A stretch of 64,000 bases of DNA from NCBI GenBank assembly GCA_013152205.1, contig JAADGV010000108.1:7127-71126 (forward strand), written 5' to 3'. Made by a program: the position numbers and the translations under genes. Under the pieces are notes generated by a model. The model saw only the letters and a program-made list of their open reading frames with translations. It was not told where the DNA came from and did not search any database. Positions 39,901 through 49,674 of this stretch are shown here, one piece after another; position 1 is the stretch's first letter; every line of letters starts with the position of its first letter. This DNA comes from Planctomycetota bacterium (GTDB lineage Bacteria; Planctomycetota; Planctomycetia; Pirellulales; Lacipirellulaceae).

Positions 39901-41046
39901 ATGAAAAACAAACTATCCAAGATGCTTTGCTTTCTTTTGATTCTTAGCGCTGCTTGGCGTAACGCAGACAATTCCCAAGCAGACGAGACGCCCCTAGAAC
40001 CGACAACGGCACTGATGCTCTCGCCAGGAGACGGAAACCCTCGCAACAGCGAAGGCGATTTCATCCGCCTCAAGCAGGGGCGGATCATGTTTGTTTACAC
40101 ACGATTCACCGGTGGTGGCCACGACCACGCGGCCGCTTCTTTGATGGCGAGGTTTTCTGACGATGATGGGAAATCCTGGTCTGATGAAGACGTTGAGGTG
40201 GTGAGCAACGAAGGTGGGTTCAATGTCATGTCGGTTTCGCTATTGCGACTTCAGACCGGGGAGATTGCCTTGTTCTACATACGAAAAAATTCGCATTTCG
40301 ACTGCCGGCCCATGCTTCGGATTTCAAACGACGAAGGGAAAACTTGGAGCGAGCCAACCCTCTGTATCGCTGACGAAGTGGGGTACTACGTCCTGAACAA
40401 CGATCGCGTGATCCAGACGAAAAATGGTCGTTTGATTTTGCCGGTGGCGCTGCACAACAAGCCTGGCGACCCAAAGCCGGATTGGAAAGGACACATTATG
40501 TGTTACTACTCCGACGACAATGGCAAAACATGGCGACGGAGCAAAACGGTCATGGAGGCCTACGACGAAGATGGCAAGCGACTAGTTGCCCAAGAGCCGG
40601 GCTTGGTCGAACTGAAAGATGGCTCGTTGATGATGTTCATCCGTTCCGACGCGGGCAGCCAGCTGCTTTCGTTTTCGCAGGATGGGGGCGACACTTGGTC
40701 TGAAATGAAACCATCAAATATCATCTCGCCAGTTTCGCCTGCCTCGATCAAGCGAATTCCGAAAACGGGAGATTTGCTATTGGTTTGGAACAACCATGAC
40801 AACGTCGACGAGGCCCATCGGGGCAAACGGACGCCATTGAACGTCGCGGTCTCGAAGGACGAGGGCAAGACGTGGGGAAACATCAAAACACTCGCCGACG
40901 ATCCCAACGGCTGGTATTGCTACACCGCTGTCACCTTCGTCGGCGACCACGTGTTGCTCGGGCACTGTACCGGGGATCAAAGCAAGAGAGCTGGCCTCAA
41001 CACGTCCAAAATCACACGCTTTAGCCTCGAATGGCTTTATGAATAA
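39901..41046 (+). CDS. Sialidase-family (BNR/Asp-box) protein
   Basis: Repeated SxDxGxTW boxes; RNSEG, QEP, RTPL and YCYT motifs; signal peptide. Confidence 0.9.
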   Translation: MKNKLSKMLCFLLILSAAWRNADNSQADETPLEPTTALMLSPGDGNPRNSEGDFIRLKQGRIMFVYTRFTGGGHDHAAASLMARFSDDDGKSWSDEDVEVVSNEGGFNVMSVSLLRLQTGEIALFYIRKNSHFDCRPMLRISNDEGKTWSEPTLCIADEVGYYVLNNDRVIQTKNGRLILPVALHNKPGDPKPDWKGHIMCYYSDDNGKTWRRSKTVMEAYDEDGKRLVAQEPGLVELKDGSLMMFIRSDAGSQLLSFSQDGGDTWSEMKPSNIISPVSPASIKRIPKTGDLLLVWNNHDNVDEAHRGKRTPLNVAVSKDEGKTWGNIKTLADDPNGWYCYTAVTFVGDHVLLGHCTGDQSKRAGLNTSKITRFSLEWLYE

Positions 41047-41049
41047 CCA

Positions 41050-42255
41050 CTAGGCCCCGAATTTCCCCAGGCGACCGGCATTCGCCAATGCCAGGGGCAT
41101 GAGATACTTGGCCTCGAACTGCCCCAGCCCGCCTTGCAAACATTCCGCTTCGCCAAAGCTCTCGCAACGGTCGGTGCGGCAATGTTCGGCAACCAACAGG
41201 GTTGGCACCGTGTGCCAACTGTGATTGGACAACATCGCCGGGGTGCTGTGATCGCCAGTGCAGATGAAAACATCGGGCTTCAGAGCCATGATTCGCGGAA
41301 TGCAGGTATCGACCTCTTCGGTTTTCTCAACTTTGGCTTCAAAGTTCCCATCTTCGCCGGTGCTGTCGGTGTACTTGAAATGAATGAAGAAGAAATCGTA
41401 CTTGTCCCAATTTTCTTCTAGCACAGTCATTTGCTCGTCCAAGGTTTGAGCTTCGCCAACGATGTCCATCCCCACGAGGCGGGCCAGCCCCTTGTACATC
41501 GGGTAAACGGCAATCGCGGCTGCACGTAGCCCGTAAATTTCTTCGTAGCTGGGCGGGTTTGGCTTTGGCGAGACGCCGCGTAGCGTGCAGCAGTTTGCTG
41601 CTGGTTGGTCGGCCAGCAACTCACGAGCTTGTCGGATAAACTCTTCGGCAACCTCGGCCGTTTTTTCGCTATCGGGGTTGGTTGCCCGTGGCTTCAGCGG
41701 GGGGACACCCGTCGCTTGAGGATCGGTGTCGGCCATGTTGCCGCCCAACCCTTCGCCACGGAAGACGACAACGAACCGGTGTTCCTTGACCGGCTCAACA
41801 AAAATTTCAACACCCGGAATCGAGATCTCGCGGAGCTTAATCGCCAGCGGCGCACTTTTTTCGGACGGAATTCTGCCCGCTCGGCGATCCGTGATATTGC
41901 CATCAGCGTCGATCGTGCAGAAGTTGCAGCGGATCGCCACGTCGCCTTCCAGCAATTCAAAACCGATGCCTGTGGCTTCCAAAGCACCACGGCCAATGAG
42001 GTACTCCAGCGGATCGTAGCCAAAAAGCCCAAGATGGCCCGGCCCGCTGCCTGGGCTGATCCCCAGTTTGACAGGGATGCTGCTGCCACAGACGCCCAGC
42101 TTGGCCAGGGCATCGAGATTGGGCGTTTTGGCTGTTTCCAATTCGGTAAGCCCACCCGGCTGTTGCGGAAGCCCGCCGAGGCCATCGGCAACCAGCATCA
42201 CAATTTTAGAGTCGTTTTTAACTTGAAGTTGGCGGGTTAGTTGATGCATGTCCAT
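41050..42255 (-). CDS. apgM: Cofactor-independent phosphoglycerate mutase (ApgM family)
   Basis: ADGLGG, LETAKTPNLD, GSGPGHLGLFGYDP, GDHSTP. Confidence 0.92.
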   Translation of the reverse strand: MDMHQLTRQLQVKNDSKIVMLVADGLGGLPQQPGGLTELETAKTPNLDALAKLGVCGSSIPVKLGISPGSGPGHLGLFGYDPLEYLIGRGALEATGIGFELLEGDVAIRCNFCTIDADGNITDRRAGRIPSEKSAPLAIKLREISIPGVEIFVEPVKEHRFVVVFRGEGLGGNMADTDPQATGVPPLKPRATNPDSEKTAEVAEEFIRQARELLADQPAANCCTLRGVSPKPNPPSYEEIYGLRAAAIAVYPMYKGLARLVGMDIVGEAQTLDEQMTVLEENWDKYDFFFIHFKYTDSTGEDGNFEAKVEKTEEVDTCIPRIMALKPDVFICTGDHSTPAMLSNHSWHTVPTLLVAEHCRTDRCESFGEAECLQGGLGQFEAKYLMPLALANAGRLGKFGA

Positions 42256-42431
42256 AGGGAGAGGTCGGGGGGGGAGAGGTCAGAGGTCAGGGGGATTAAA
42301 ACAGTTGCCCCCTTATCGTCTCGATACCGTTGGTCGCTGGCAAGGCCCTAACGCCCAAAGCTTTCGATCGATAGAATCGGGGGTGGACTAGTATTTTTTG
42401 TTGCCTGATGCTGAAGCTGGAGAAGCCGCAC

Positions 42432-43847
42432 ATGTCGATTGAACTGATCACTTACAACCCCGCTGGGCTTTTGCTTCCTGAACATGGCTTGGCCGAAGAT
42501 GCCCTCGCCAACTTGGCCCCCAAATTGCAGGCTGCCCGCGACGAAGTGCTTTCCGACGCCAAGCTCTGGGCCGCTGGCGAAGAGGTACCGGCTGAAAAGC
42601 AGCCTTTGGATGCCGGGTTTCATGAACTGCCAGATCGACTGCTGGCCGAATATCGCGAACTTGGTCCCGAAAGCGAAATAGCACGAATCCAGGCAACCGC
42701 CGACCGCCTTGCGGGGGAGGTTGATCGAGTGGTCGTGCTGGGAATTGGCGGATCGTACATGGGGGCTCGGGCACTTCTCGAAGCCTGTTGTCACCCATAT
42801 TACAACGAAGTGCCCCGCGCTGAACGTAGTGGACGCCCACGGATGTCCTTCGAGGGCAACAATGTCGACAACGACGCCATGCAAGGCCTGTGCGACCTGC
42901 TAGGTCGAGGTCGCGAGGCCACTGAGGTTGCTGATCGTTGGGCGATCGTCGTCATTAGCAAAAGCGGCGGCACGTTAGAGACCGCAGCCGCATTCCGAAT
43001 CTTGCTTAGGCAATTGCGAGCTTCCTGCGGAGACGATGCGGCGCAACTAGCCAAGCTAGTAATCCCTGTGACAGGAACCAGCGGCAAACTTTTTGATCTG
43101 GCTGGTGCGTTGGGTTGCCCAGAGATGTACCATGTGCCCGAAGGCGTCGGAGGCCGGTTTTCGATTCTTTCCGCCGTTGGTCTGCTGCCGGCAGCCATCA
43201 TGGGGCTAGATATCGTGAAGTTGCTCGAAGGGGCTGCTGCAATGAACGAGCATTTTCGATCTGCCGCCGTCGGCGAGAACGTCGTGCTCGATTACACCGG
43301 CGCCTGTCACCTGATCGAAACCCAACGCGGCTGCGACGTTCGTCTGCTCTCGACCTGGGGCAAACGACTCGAGGCGGTAGGGCTTTGGTACGATCAGTTG
43401 CTTGCAGAGAGCCTAGGCAAGCATGAACAAGGCGCGTTGCCTCTGACGATCGTGAACACCCGCGACCTTCATTCCCGCGGCCAACAACATCAAGAAGGCA
43501 AGCGAGACAAGGTGATTACCAACGTCACCATAGGCGCGTGCCAGCGCGAGCCGCTCGCCATTGGTCGTAGCGAACACAACCACGATCAGCTCAACGAGTT
43601 AGCAGACAAAACTTTGCCCGATATTCTCGACGCTGCGACCAGGGGCACCAACCAAGCCTACCAAGAAGACAACCGCCCCACAGCAGATTTGCATTTGCCC
43701 CAACTAGACGAGCACGTACTAGGGCAAGTGTTTCAGATGTTCATGCTCGCCACGGTCGTTGAAGGCCGCCTCATTGGCATCAACCCCTACGGCCAACCCG
43801 GCGTCGAGGCCTACAAGAAAAACATGAACGCGATATTACGAACTTGA
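42432..43847 (+). CDS. pgi: Glucose-6-phosphate isomerase
   Basis: GIGGSYMG, ISKSGGTLET, GGRFS, QLLAESLGK, NPYGQPGVEAYK. Start at ATG 42432 after GGAG. Confidence 0.95.
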   Translation: MSIELITYNPAGLLLPEHGLAEDALANLAPKLQAARDEVLSDAKLWAAGEEVPAEKQPLDAGFHELPDRLLAEYRELGPESEIARIQATADRLAGEVDRVVVLGIGGSYMGARALLEACCHPYYNEVPRAERSGRPRMSFEGNNVDNDAMQGLCDLLGRGREATEVADRWAIVVISKSGGTLETAAAFRILLRQLRASCGDDAAQLAKLVIPVTGTSGKLFDLAGALGCPEMYHVPEGVGGRFSILSAVGLLPAAIMGLDIVKLLEGAAAMNEHFRSAAVGENVVLDYTGACHLIETQRGCDVRLLSTWGKRLEAVGLWYDQLLAESLGKHEQGALPLTIVNTRDLHSRGQQHQEGKRDKVITNVTIGACQREPLAIGRSEHNHDQLNELADKTLPDILDAATRGTNQAYQEDNRPTADLHLPQLDEHVLGQVFQMFMLATVVEGRLIGINPYGQPGVEAYKKNMNAILRT

Positions 43848-43890
43848 GTAAACGCAGTTCAAAATAACCGATGCAAGCGGAGAATTAGCG

Positions 43891-44580
43891 ATGTCCACAA
43901 TCATTACTTGGCTAGGTCATTCTTGTTTCTCGATTCGTGCGGGAAAGCACGAGGTGCTTGTCGATCCATTTCTCGACGACTCTCCAACGGCACCACTAAA
44001 GGCGGCTGACGTCGCTGCTGACTTTATCCTGTTGACGCACGGACATTTCGATCATGTGGCGGATGCTGTCTCGATTGCTACGCGTACCGGCGCTACGGTG
44101 GTTGCAAATTACGAGATTTGCGAGTGGCTTAAAGGCCAAGGCATCGCCGAAGAAAACACGGTCGCTCTTAATTCCGGTGGCGAAGTTCTGCTACCCATTG
44201 GCCGAGTGAAGTTGACCACGGCCCTGCATAGTTCCAGTCTACCGGATGGTACTTACGGCGGAGTTGCTGGCGGGTTTATCTTGTCTCTTGAGAACGAAAC
44301 GCTCTACTTGGCAGGCGACACGGCACTGACTCTCGATCTAAAGCTCATCGGGTTGGTAGGGATCGATCTTGCCGTGATCCCGATTGGCGATCAATTCACC
44401 ATGGGCCCTGACGATTCGGTGGAGGCGGTGAAACTACTCAATCCGCGACAGGTCATGCCTTGCCACTACAATACCTGGCCGCCCATCAAGCAGGATGCTG
44501 CCGCCTGGGCCGATCGCATACGATCGGACACCGCAGCCGAGCCAATTGTTCTGCAACCGGGCGAAGAATTTTCGTTCTAA
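43891..44580 (+). CDS. Metal-dependent hydrolase, MBL fold (UPF0173)
   Basis: WLGHS, THGHFDH, H, AGDT, PCHYNTW. Confidence 0.92.
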   Translation: MSTIITWLGHSCFSIRAGKHEVLVDPFLDDSPTAPLKAADVAADFILLTHGHFDHVADAVSIATRTGATVVANYEICEWLKGQGIAEENTVALNSGGEVLLPIGRVKLTTALHSSSLPDGTYGGVAGGFILSLENETLYLAGDTALTLDLKLIGLVGIDLAVIPIGDQFTMGPDDSVEAVKLLNPRQVMPCHYNTWPPIKQDAAAWADRIRSDTAAEPIVLQPGEEFSF

Positions 44581-44659
44581 GGCTACTTTTCATAGAGTGA
44601 CAGCTCGACTAGGCTTAATTTCCCGCACACATACTCCCTTGTACCATAAGGACTTCGAT

Positions 44660-45613
44660 ATGAATTTACTTGCATCTCAACGACGCGTAATGCACCTTTT
44701 GCTGCTCCTTGCTACTGGCTGGTTGATTTCAGTTGCGGGTGCCCTCTCGGCTGCTGAACCGCTCACTTGGAAGTTCGAAGTCGGTGGCAAATATCATTAC
44801 CAGATGGTGCAAGAGATGAAAATGTCGATGGACCTGGGGCCTGCGGGCGAGACGGTCACCTCGTTCACGCAGACGATGGACATGATTTGGGAAGTCGAGG
44901 CTATCGACGAAAATGGTACGGCAACAGTCACACAGAAAATCAGCCGTATGCGGATGGATATCACCGCGCCTGGGCAAGACACGGTTCACTACGATACCGA
45001 GTCCGACGAAACCCCGCAGGGCTATGCGGCCATGCTCGCCCCCATGTTGAAGGCACTCACGTCGGAAAAGTTTACCACGACCATGTTGCCGAGTGGCGAG
45101 GTCACCGAAGTGGAAGTACCTAAATCGCTTATCGAAGCGATGTCTCGTGGCCCTGCTAGTGCCATGATGGGTGGACTCGCCTCGGAAGAGGGTTTTAAGA
45201 ATATGTTCACTCAAGGGTCATTGACGCTTCCTAAGCCAGAAGACTTGGTCGAAGGGCATAAATGGTCGACTTCGATGGAGATGGCCAATCCGGCGGTAGG
45301 GAAAATCGTCATCGACTCTACTTACCGATACGCCGGCCCTCGGGAGATCGAGGGTCAGCAGTTCGAAGTCTTCATTCCCACAATCAACACTAGCTTTGGA
45401 GTGGCGGAGGAGCCTGGAGCAGCAACCGTGAAGGTAAATAAACAAGAGACCACCGGCGAAATCCTTTTCAACCGCTCAGCAGGTCGGCTAGAGTCTTCGG
45501 CGATCAACCAGCAGATGGACTCAACCATCACTGTCGCTGGCAATACGATGAATCAAAAGATCGACCAGAAAGTAAGCCTAAAATTCGTCGCCCCCAGCGA
45601 CGTTGCCAAGTAA
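44660..45613 (+). CDS. Secreted DUF6263-like protein
   Basis: AAGGA RBS, signal peptide, long beta-strands; family recognised from memory. Confidence 0.65.
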   Translation: MNLLASQRRVMHLLLLLATGWLISVAGALSAAEPLTWKFEVGGKYHYQMVQEMKMSMDLGPAGETVTSFTQTMDMIWEVEAIDENGTATVTQKISRMRMDITAPGQDTVHYDTESDETPQGYAAMLAPMLKALTSEKFTTTMLPSGEVTEVEVPKSLIEAMSRGPASAMMGGLASEEGFKNMFTQGSLTLPKPEDLVEGHKWSTSMEMANPAVGKIVIDSTYRYAGPREIEGQQFEVFIPTINTSFGVAEEPGAATVKVNKQETTGEILFNRSAGRLESSAINQQMDSTITVAGNTMNQKIDQKVSLKFVAPSDVAK

Positions 45614-45619
45614 GCCATC

Positions 45620-45642
45620 CATAGCCCGGCCTTCTTGGCCGG
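45620..45642 (+). repeat. CATAGCCCGGCC REP-like palindrome
   Basis: catagcccggccttcttggccgg between convergent genes. Confidence 0.8.
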
Positions 45643-45653
45643 AGTAACACGCA

Positions 45654-46853
45654 CTAATCAACATCATCAAAGACAAGTGGATCGGAGTCTTTGGCGTTGG
45701 TGATACGGATCGACTTTTTTCCCTCTAGCAGGTCGTCGATGACATTGCCCACAAGCTCGGCACGCCAGCCCCGGGCGAGTACGGGGAGCTTGTCTTTGCC
45801 ATCGCGTCGTGTTTCATCCGAGGCAAATCCCATTCGGTAGGCGACCAAGTCTCGTACGCTGCTGGCCGTACCAACCATGCTGGCGGCAATTTCGGCACGT
45901 CGACAAATCGTACCCAGGGCGGGTGCAAGAAACTGGCCGAGCAGGCTGAGTTGCGAAGGAACTTGGCGTCGTCGCAGCTTTGGCTCGTCTTTGATCGGTG
46001 CTTCCAAGCCCCGACGAACGCAGTCGGCCAACTCGTCGGCCTTCCGCTTGATGGCGCTACGCTCCATACCACGGATGGCTAGGATTTGATCTCGATTGCT
46101 AACTTTACGCTTCGCCAGTTCGACGATCAAATCGTCTCGTAAGACCCGACGTTGAGGCACGTCTCGAGTTTGAGCTTCTTGGTATCGCCAGAGCCATAGC
46201 TCGCGGACAATCGCCAGATTTCGAGAGCCAAGTTTGCCAATGCCCGAGACGCGTCGCCAATCCATGCGTGTTTGAGCTGCGATGACCTCGTCTTGCCAGC
46301 TTTCCAATTCTTCTTCAAACCAGTGGAGCCGTTCTCGCTCGGTGAGAATCTCTACCAGTCGGTGATAGAGCGGAAGGAGGTAACGAACATCTTCGAGCGC
46401 GTAGTTGATTTGAGCCGCTGTCAGGGGCCGTTTCCGCCAATCCGTGCGCTGTTCGCCTTTCGCCGGCTTGTGGCCGACGAATTTCCCGACGACCGATCCG
46501 TAGGCAGACGGAAATTCGTTGCTACAGAACCCTGCTGCGAGCTGGACGTCAAACAGACGCTTAGGAACCGAGTCTACCGCGCGAAGCATAAAGTTGAGTT
46601 CTTCGCGCCCTGCATGGAGAATAGTGACGTGATCGCCTTCAACCAAAACTTTCCAAAACGGCTGAACGTCTTCTAAGGCAATCGTATCGATAACCGCCAA
46701 TTCGTCTTTCGTGGCGATTTGAATCAGGCAGAGTACGGGATAGAAGGTGTCTTCGGAAACGAATTCGGTGTCGATACCAATGAGGTCAGCCGTCTTGAGC
46801 CTTTCGCAAAGCTCGTTGAGCGACTTCATATCGGTAATAGTAGGTGAACTCAC
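45654..46853 (-). CDS. rnd: Ribonuclease D (DEDDy exonuclease plus HRDC)
   Basis: IDTEF, LHAGREE, FDVQLAAG, DWRKRPL...YALEDV; HRDC domain. Confidence 0.92.
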   Translation of the reverse strand: MSSPTITDMKSLNELCERLKTADLIGIDTEFVSEDTFYPVLCLIQIATKDELAVIDTIALEDVQPFWKVLVEGDHVTILHAGREELNFMLRAVDSVPKRLFDVQLAAGFCSNEFPSAYGSVVGKFVGHKPAKGEQRTDWRKRPLTAAQINYALEDVRYLLPLYHRLVEILTERERLHWFEEELESWQDEVIAAQTRMDWRRVSGIGKLGSRNLAIVRELWLWRYQEAQTRDVPQRRVLRDDLIVELAKRKVSNRDQILAIRGMERSAIKRKADELADCVRRGLEAPIKDEPKLRRRQVPSQLSLLGQFLAPALGTICRRAEIAASMVGTASSVRDLVAYRMGFASDETRRDGKDKLPVLARGWRAELVGNVIDDLLEGKKSIRITNAKDSDPLVFDDVD

Positions 46854-46957
46854 TGGATACCGATCAGTAGGAGGGCTTTGGCGGGATGGTCTTTTGAAGC
46901 GTTCAAGTTGCGGGCCCCCATTCTACGAAAGCCCGACGCGATTTGATAGGCAGGCAC

Positions 46958-46979
46958 CATAGCCCGGCCATCCTGGCCG
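46958..46979 (+). repeat. CATAGCCCGGCC REP-like palindrome
   Basis: catagcccggccatcctggccg, identical to the 28842 copy over 22 nt. Confidence 0.8.
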
Positions 46980-47027
46980 AAATTGACGGAACACAACAGC
47001 GATAATCCCAGCTTGGGCCACGCTTTG

Positions 47028-48677
47028 CTAATGCAGAGGAGCCGAAACGCTTACTTGGGGAGCCGCCGCTTGGCTGGCTGCCTCGTCGTCTGGCGATAGG
47101 TAACGCCAGTGGGTTAGCAGCAAGATCGGCAATAAAACCGCACAGCTATAGGCCATGTACCCAAAGAAGCTTGGCATCTTCACGCCCGACTTTTCGGCTA
47201 TGGCTTTCACCATGAAGTTCGGGCCGTTACCGATGTAGGTCATCGCTCCCATAAACACAGCCCCCAGCGCGATGCCAACCAAGATGGGTTCAGGGACACC
47301 GCCCGTGTCTCCACCCAGGGCAGGGTCTTGAGCCGCTTTGAAGAACACCAAATAGGTTGGGGCATTGTCGAGGAATGACGAGAGGCCACCCGTCGCCCAG
47401 AAGAAGCCTGCGGGGCTGAGTGACTCAGCCAACACCTTTCCTTTCTCAGCAAGAATCTGCAATGCAGGTTGCATGCAGAGAAAAATGCCGAGAAATAAGG
47501 CTGCGACTTCCACAATTGCGTGATAGTTAAAGCTGTTCTTTGCGCGAATAATTTTCGACCCTAAGTACAGAGATAGGCCAACCAAGCTCAACTGAACAGC
47601 CTCTCGCAAGAACATCCACGAGTGCCAATCGGTGCCTGGTAGCGGCTTCTTGGGGTCGAGCAGTGCAACCGCCAACACGACGCCCAACAACAGTGGGCCA
47701 TTCAATGCGAGGCCGCTGATCTTCAATCGGCGAGTTTGTGTAACATCGCGTTTGATGTCTCTAACGGTTTCTCTCGGATAGAAAACGAACTGGTCGATTA
47801 GACAATACACGAGCAGTAGCAAGCCGTTAACAAACAGCCAGGGGCTCCAAAGTCCTAAGGTCCAGGTGAACGAGACGCCTTCCAGATAACCAAGGAATAG
47901 GGGCGGATCGCCAATGGGCAACAAGCACCCGCCGCAGTTGCAGACAATGAAAATGAAGAACACAACCGTATGTTTGACGTGTTTGCGTTCTTGATTGGTT
48001 TCTAACAACGGGCGAATCAGCAGCATTGCCGCACCCGTCGTGCCCACAAAGCTGGCCAGTAGTCCTCCTACGGCCATAAACGAAGCATTCGTCAGTGGGT
48101 TTGCTTGCAGGTCGCCTTCAATTCGCACCCCGCCAGCGATCGTGTATAAGCTAAACAGCAGCACAATAAACGGGATAAATTCAGCCAGAAGCGCATTGCC
48201 GAGGATTGCTCCGACAAACCCACCCTGAAGAAAACCGTTCGTTGGGGCTACTACATTATGGGCCGGCCAGTGCGCCTCGATCGGGGAATGGTGGAGAAAC
48301 GCATAGTAGGCCAGCGTGAGGATTCCAAGGCCGGCAGCGACTTTGAATCGGTTCGAATTATGCTCCCACCAATGCTCGGTTGCGCTAAGCAACGGAAACA
48401 AGGCGATCGCTCCGAGAAGCAGAATAAAAGGAAGCACCGTCCAATAGGGTGGGCTTGATGGGCTGCCGTGGTCGGCGGCACTCGCCTCGTGAGTTTCCTG
48501 CGCGGCATCTCCCGCGTGATGAGCCTGAGCACTTACAACAATTTCGGTAGCCTGTTGCGGGAGCCCCACAACTGCGGTGGCCAGATAGATTCCCACGACC
48601 GACGCTATGGCCCAAACGGCCAGATTCCCGCTGCTTTGATGTTCGGTGGGGGTCATACTAGCCATGTCCGTTGCCAT
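47028..48677 (-). CDS. Ion-transporter (IT) superfamily protein (Na+/H+ antiporter or CitMHS_2-like)
   Basis: GTTGAAMLLIRP, GGCLLPIGDPPLFLG, SSFLDNAPTY, TYIGNGPNFMVK. Confidence 0.85.
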   Translation of the reverse strand: MATDMASMTPTEHQSSGNLAVWAIASVVGIYLATAVVGLPQQATEIVVSAQAHHAGDAAQETHEASAADHGSPSSPPYWTVLPFILLLGAIALFPLLSATEHWWEHNSNRFKVAAGLGILTLAYYAFLHHSPIEAHWPAHNVVAPTNGFLQGGFVGAILGNALLAEFIPFIVLLFSLYTIAGGVRIEGDLQANPLTNASFMAVGGLLASFVGTTGAAMLLIRPLLETNQERKHVKHTVVFFIFIVCNCGGCLLPIGDPPLFLGYLEGVSFTWTLGLWSPWLFVNGLLLLVYCLIDQFVFYPRETVRDIKRDVTQTRRLKISGLALNGPLLLGVVLAVALLDPKKPLPGTDWHSWMFLREAVQLSLVGLSLYLGSKIIRAKNSFNYHAIVEVAALFLGIFLCMQPALQILAEKGKVLAESLSPAGFFWATGGLSSFLDNAPTYLVFFKAAQDPALGGDTGGVPEPILVGIALGAVFMGAMTYIGNGPNFMVKAIAEKSGVKMPSFFGYMAYSCAVLLPILLLTHWRYLSPDDEAASQAAAPQVSVSAPLH

Positions 48678-48695
48678 GATTTTTTAGTTATCCTC

Positions 48696-49015
48696 GGCGG
48701 TAGCTTTCTGTCGGCCCCCATTTAATGGGAACAAACAATCCGCTGGACCGCACCAGATGTTCCAAGATTACGAAGTGCATGACTATCCGTCTATGCCCGT
48801 TTACGCATTCTTCAGGCGACTAGATCATTCTTTCGCTGACTCATGTCTCATCAGCCTGCCAAAGCAAATAATCGATTTACCCATTTGTTGCTGGGAAACG
48901 CTACGTTACTGGTTCGATGCTCACTGCCGAAAAAAGCACTCTTCCGGGGCAAAACCTAGCGCTGTCTGTCAGGCATGTCCCGTGAATTCGGCTTGATCGG
49001 CACAAAGCTACCGCC
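48696..49015. mobile_element. Candidate MITE-like segment with 18-bp terminal inverted repeats
   Basis: ggcggtagctttctgtcg and cggcacaaagctaccgcc (16/18); no convincing internal ORF; no obvious target duplication. Confidence 0.45.
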
Positions 49016-49122
49016 TTCATCGAAATGAGCCTAGCAAGTACACTCAAGCATCTTTCAGGTAACTTGCTAGGGAATCCGGCTTCCCCAAACAGAAAATCGT
49101 CCTCCCCCATTTGGTACACCAC

Positions 49123-49647
49123 ATGACCGAGGTTTGGCTGCATTCCAACAGAAGAGTCTTGCTGCTCGCAATGGTGCCGGCTGCCTTGTTGGGGGGGACT
49201 GCTGCTGTGATGTTAGTCCTTGATATGCCAACCGTCACCCGAGTTGTCGCGGGGGTGGTTCTAGCCATGTCGTGTTTGCTATTGGCCGGGCTGGGTCAGC
49301 GAGTGCTTCGGCCACGTATCGCCTACCGGGATGGCTTTGTGTGTTTTTACCTCAAGATAGGAAGCCCATTTGAAGTACCAATCAATATCGTTGAGGCCTT
49401 TTTTCTCGGCCAGGGGCCAGCACATTTGCCGGGAGCTAACCATGATGCCGCCAAGACTGTGAATCTGGTCGCACGCCTTTCGCAGCGCGAAGCGGACTGG
49501 GCCCAAAGAGATGTCAAAGAAGCTCTGGGGAGTTGGGCCGATGGATACGTGACAATACGCGGCACATGGTGCGAGCCTCTCACCACAGAGGTAGTTCATC
49601 GCCTCAACCGTTGTCTGTCAGAAGCTTCAAGTGATAAGATGAAGTGA
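49123..49647 (+). CDS. Hypothetical two-TM membrane protein
   Basis: Two hydrophobic helices followed by a soluble domain; lies upstream of mfnB. Confidence 0.7.
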   Translation: MTEVWLHSNRRVLLLAMVPAALLGGTAAVMLVLDMPTVTRVVAGVVLAMSCLLLAGLGQRVLRPRIAYRDGFVCFYLKIGSPFEVPINIVEAFFLGQGPAHLPGANHDAAKTVNLVARLSQREADWAQRDVKEALGSWADGYVTIRGTWCEPLTTEVVHRLNRCLSEASSDKMK

Positions 49648-49674
49648 GAGCATGCCATCAGGCGAGTATCCACC

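Noticed and set aside
48757-48996. 79-aa ORF inside the MITE-like segment
   Set aside because: It has no transposase motifs and no clear RBS.
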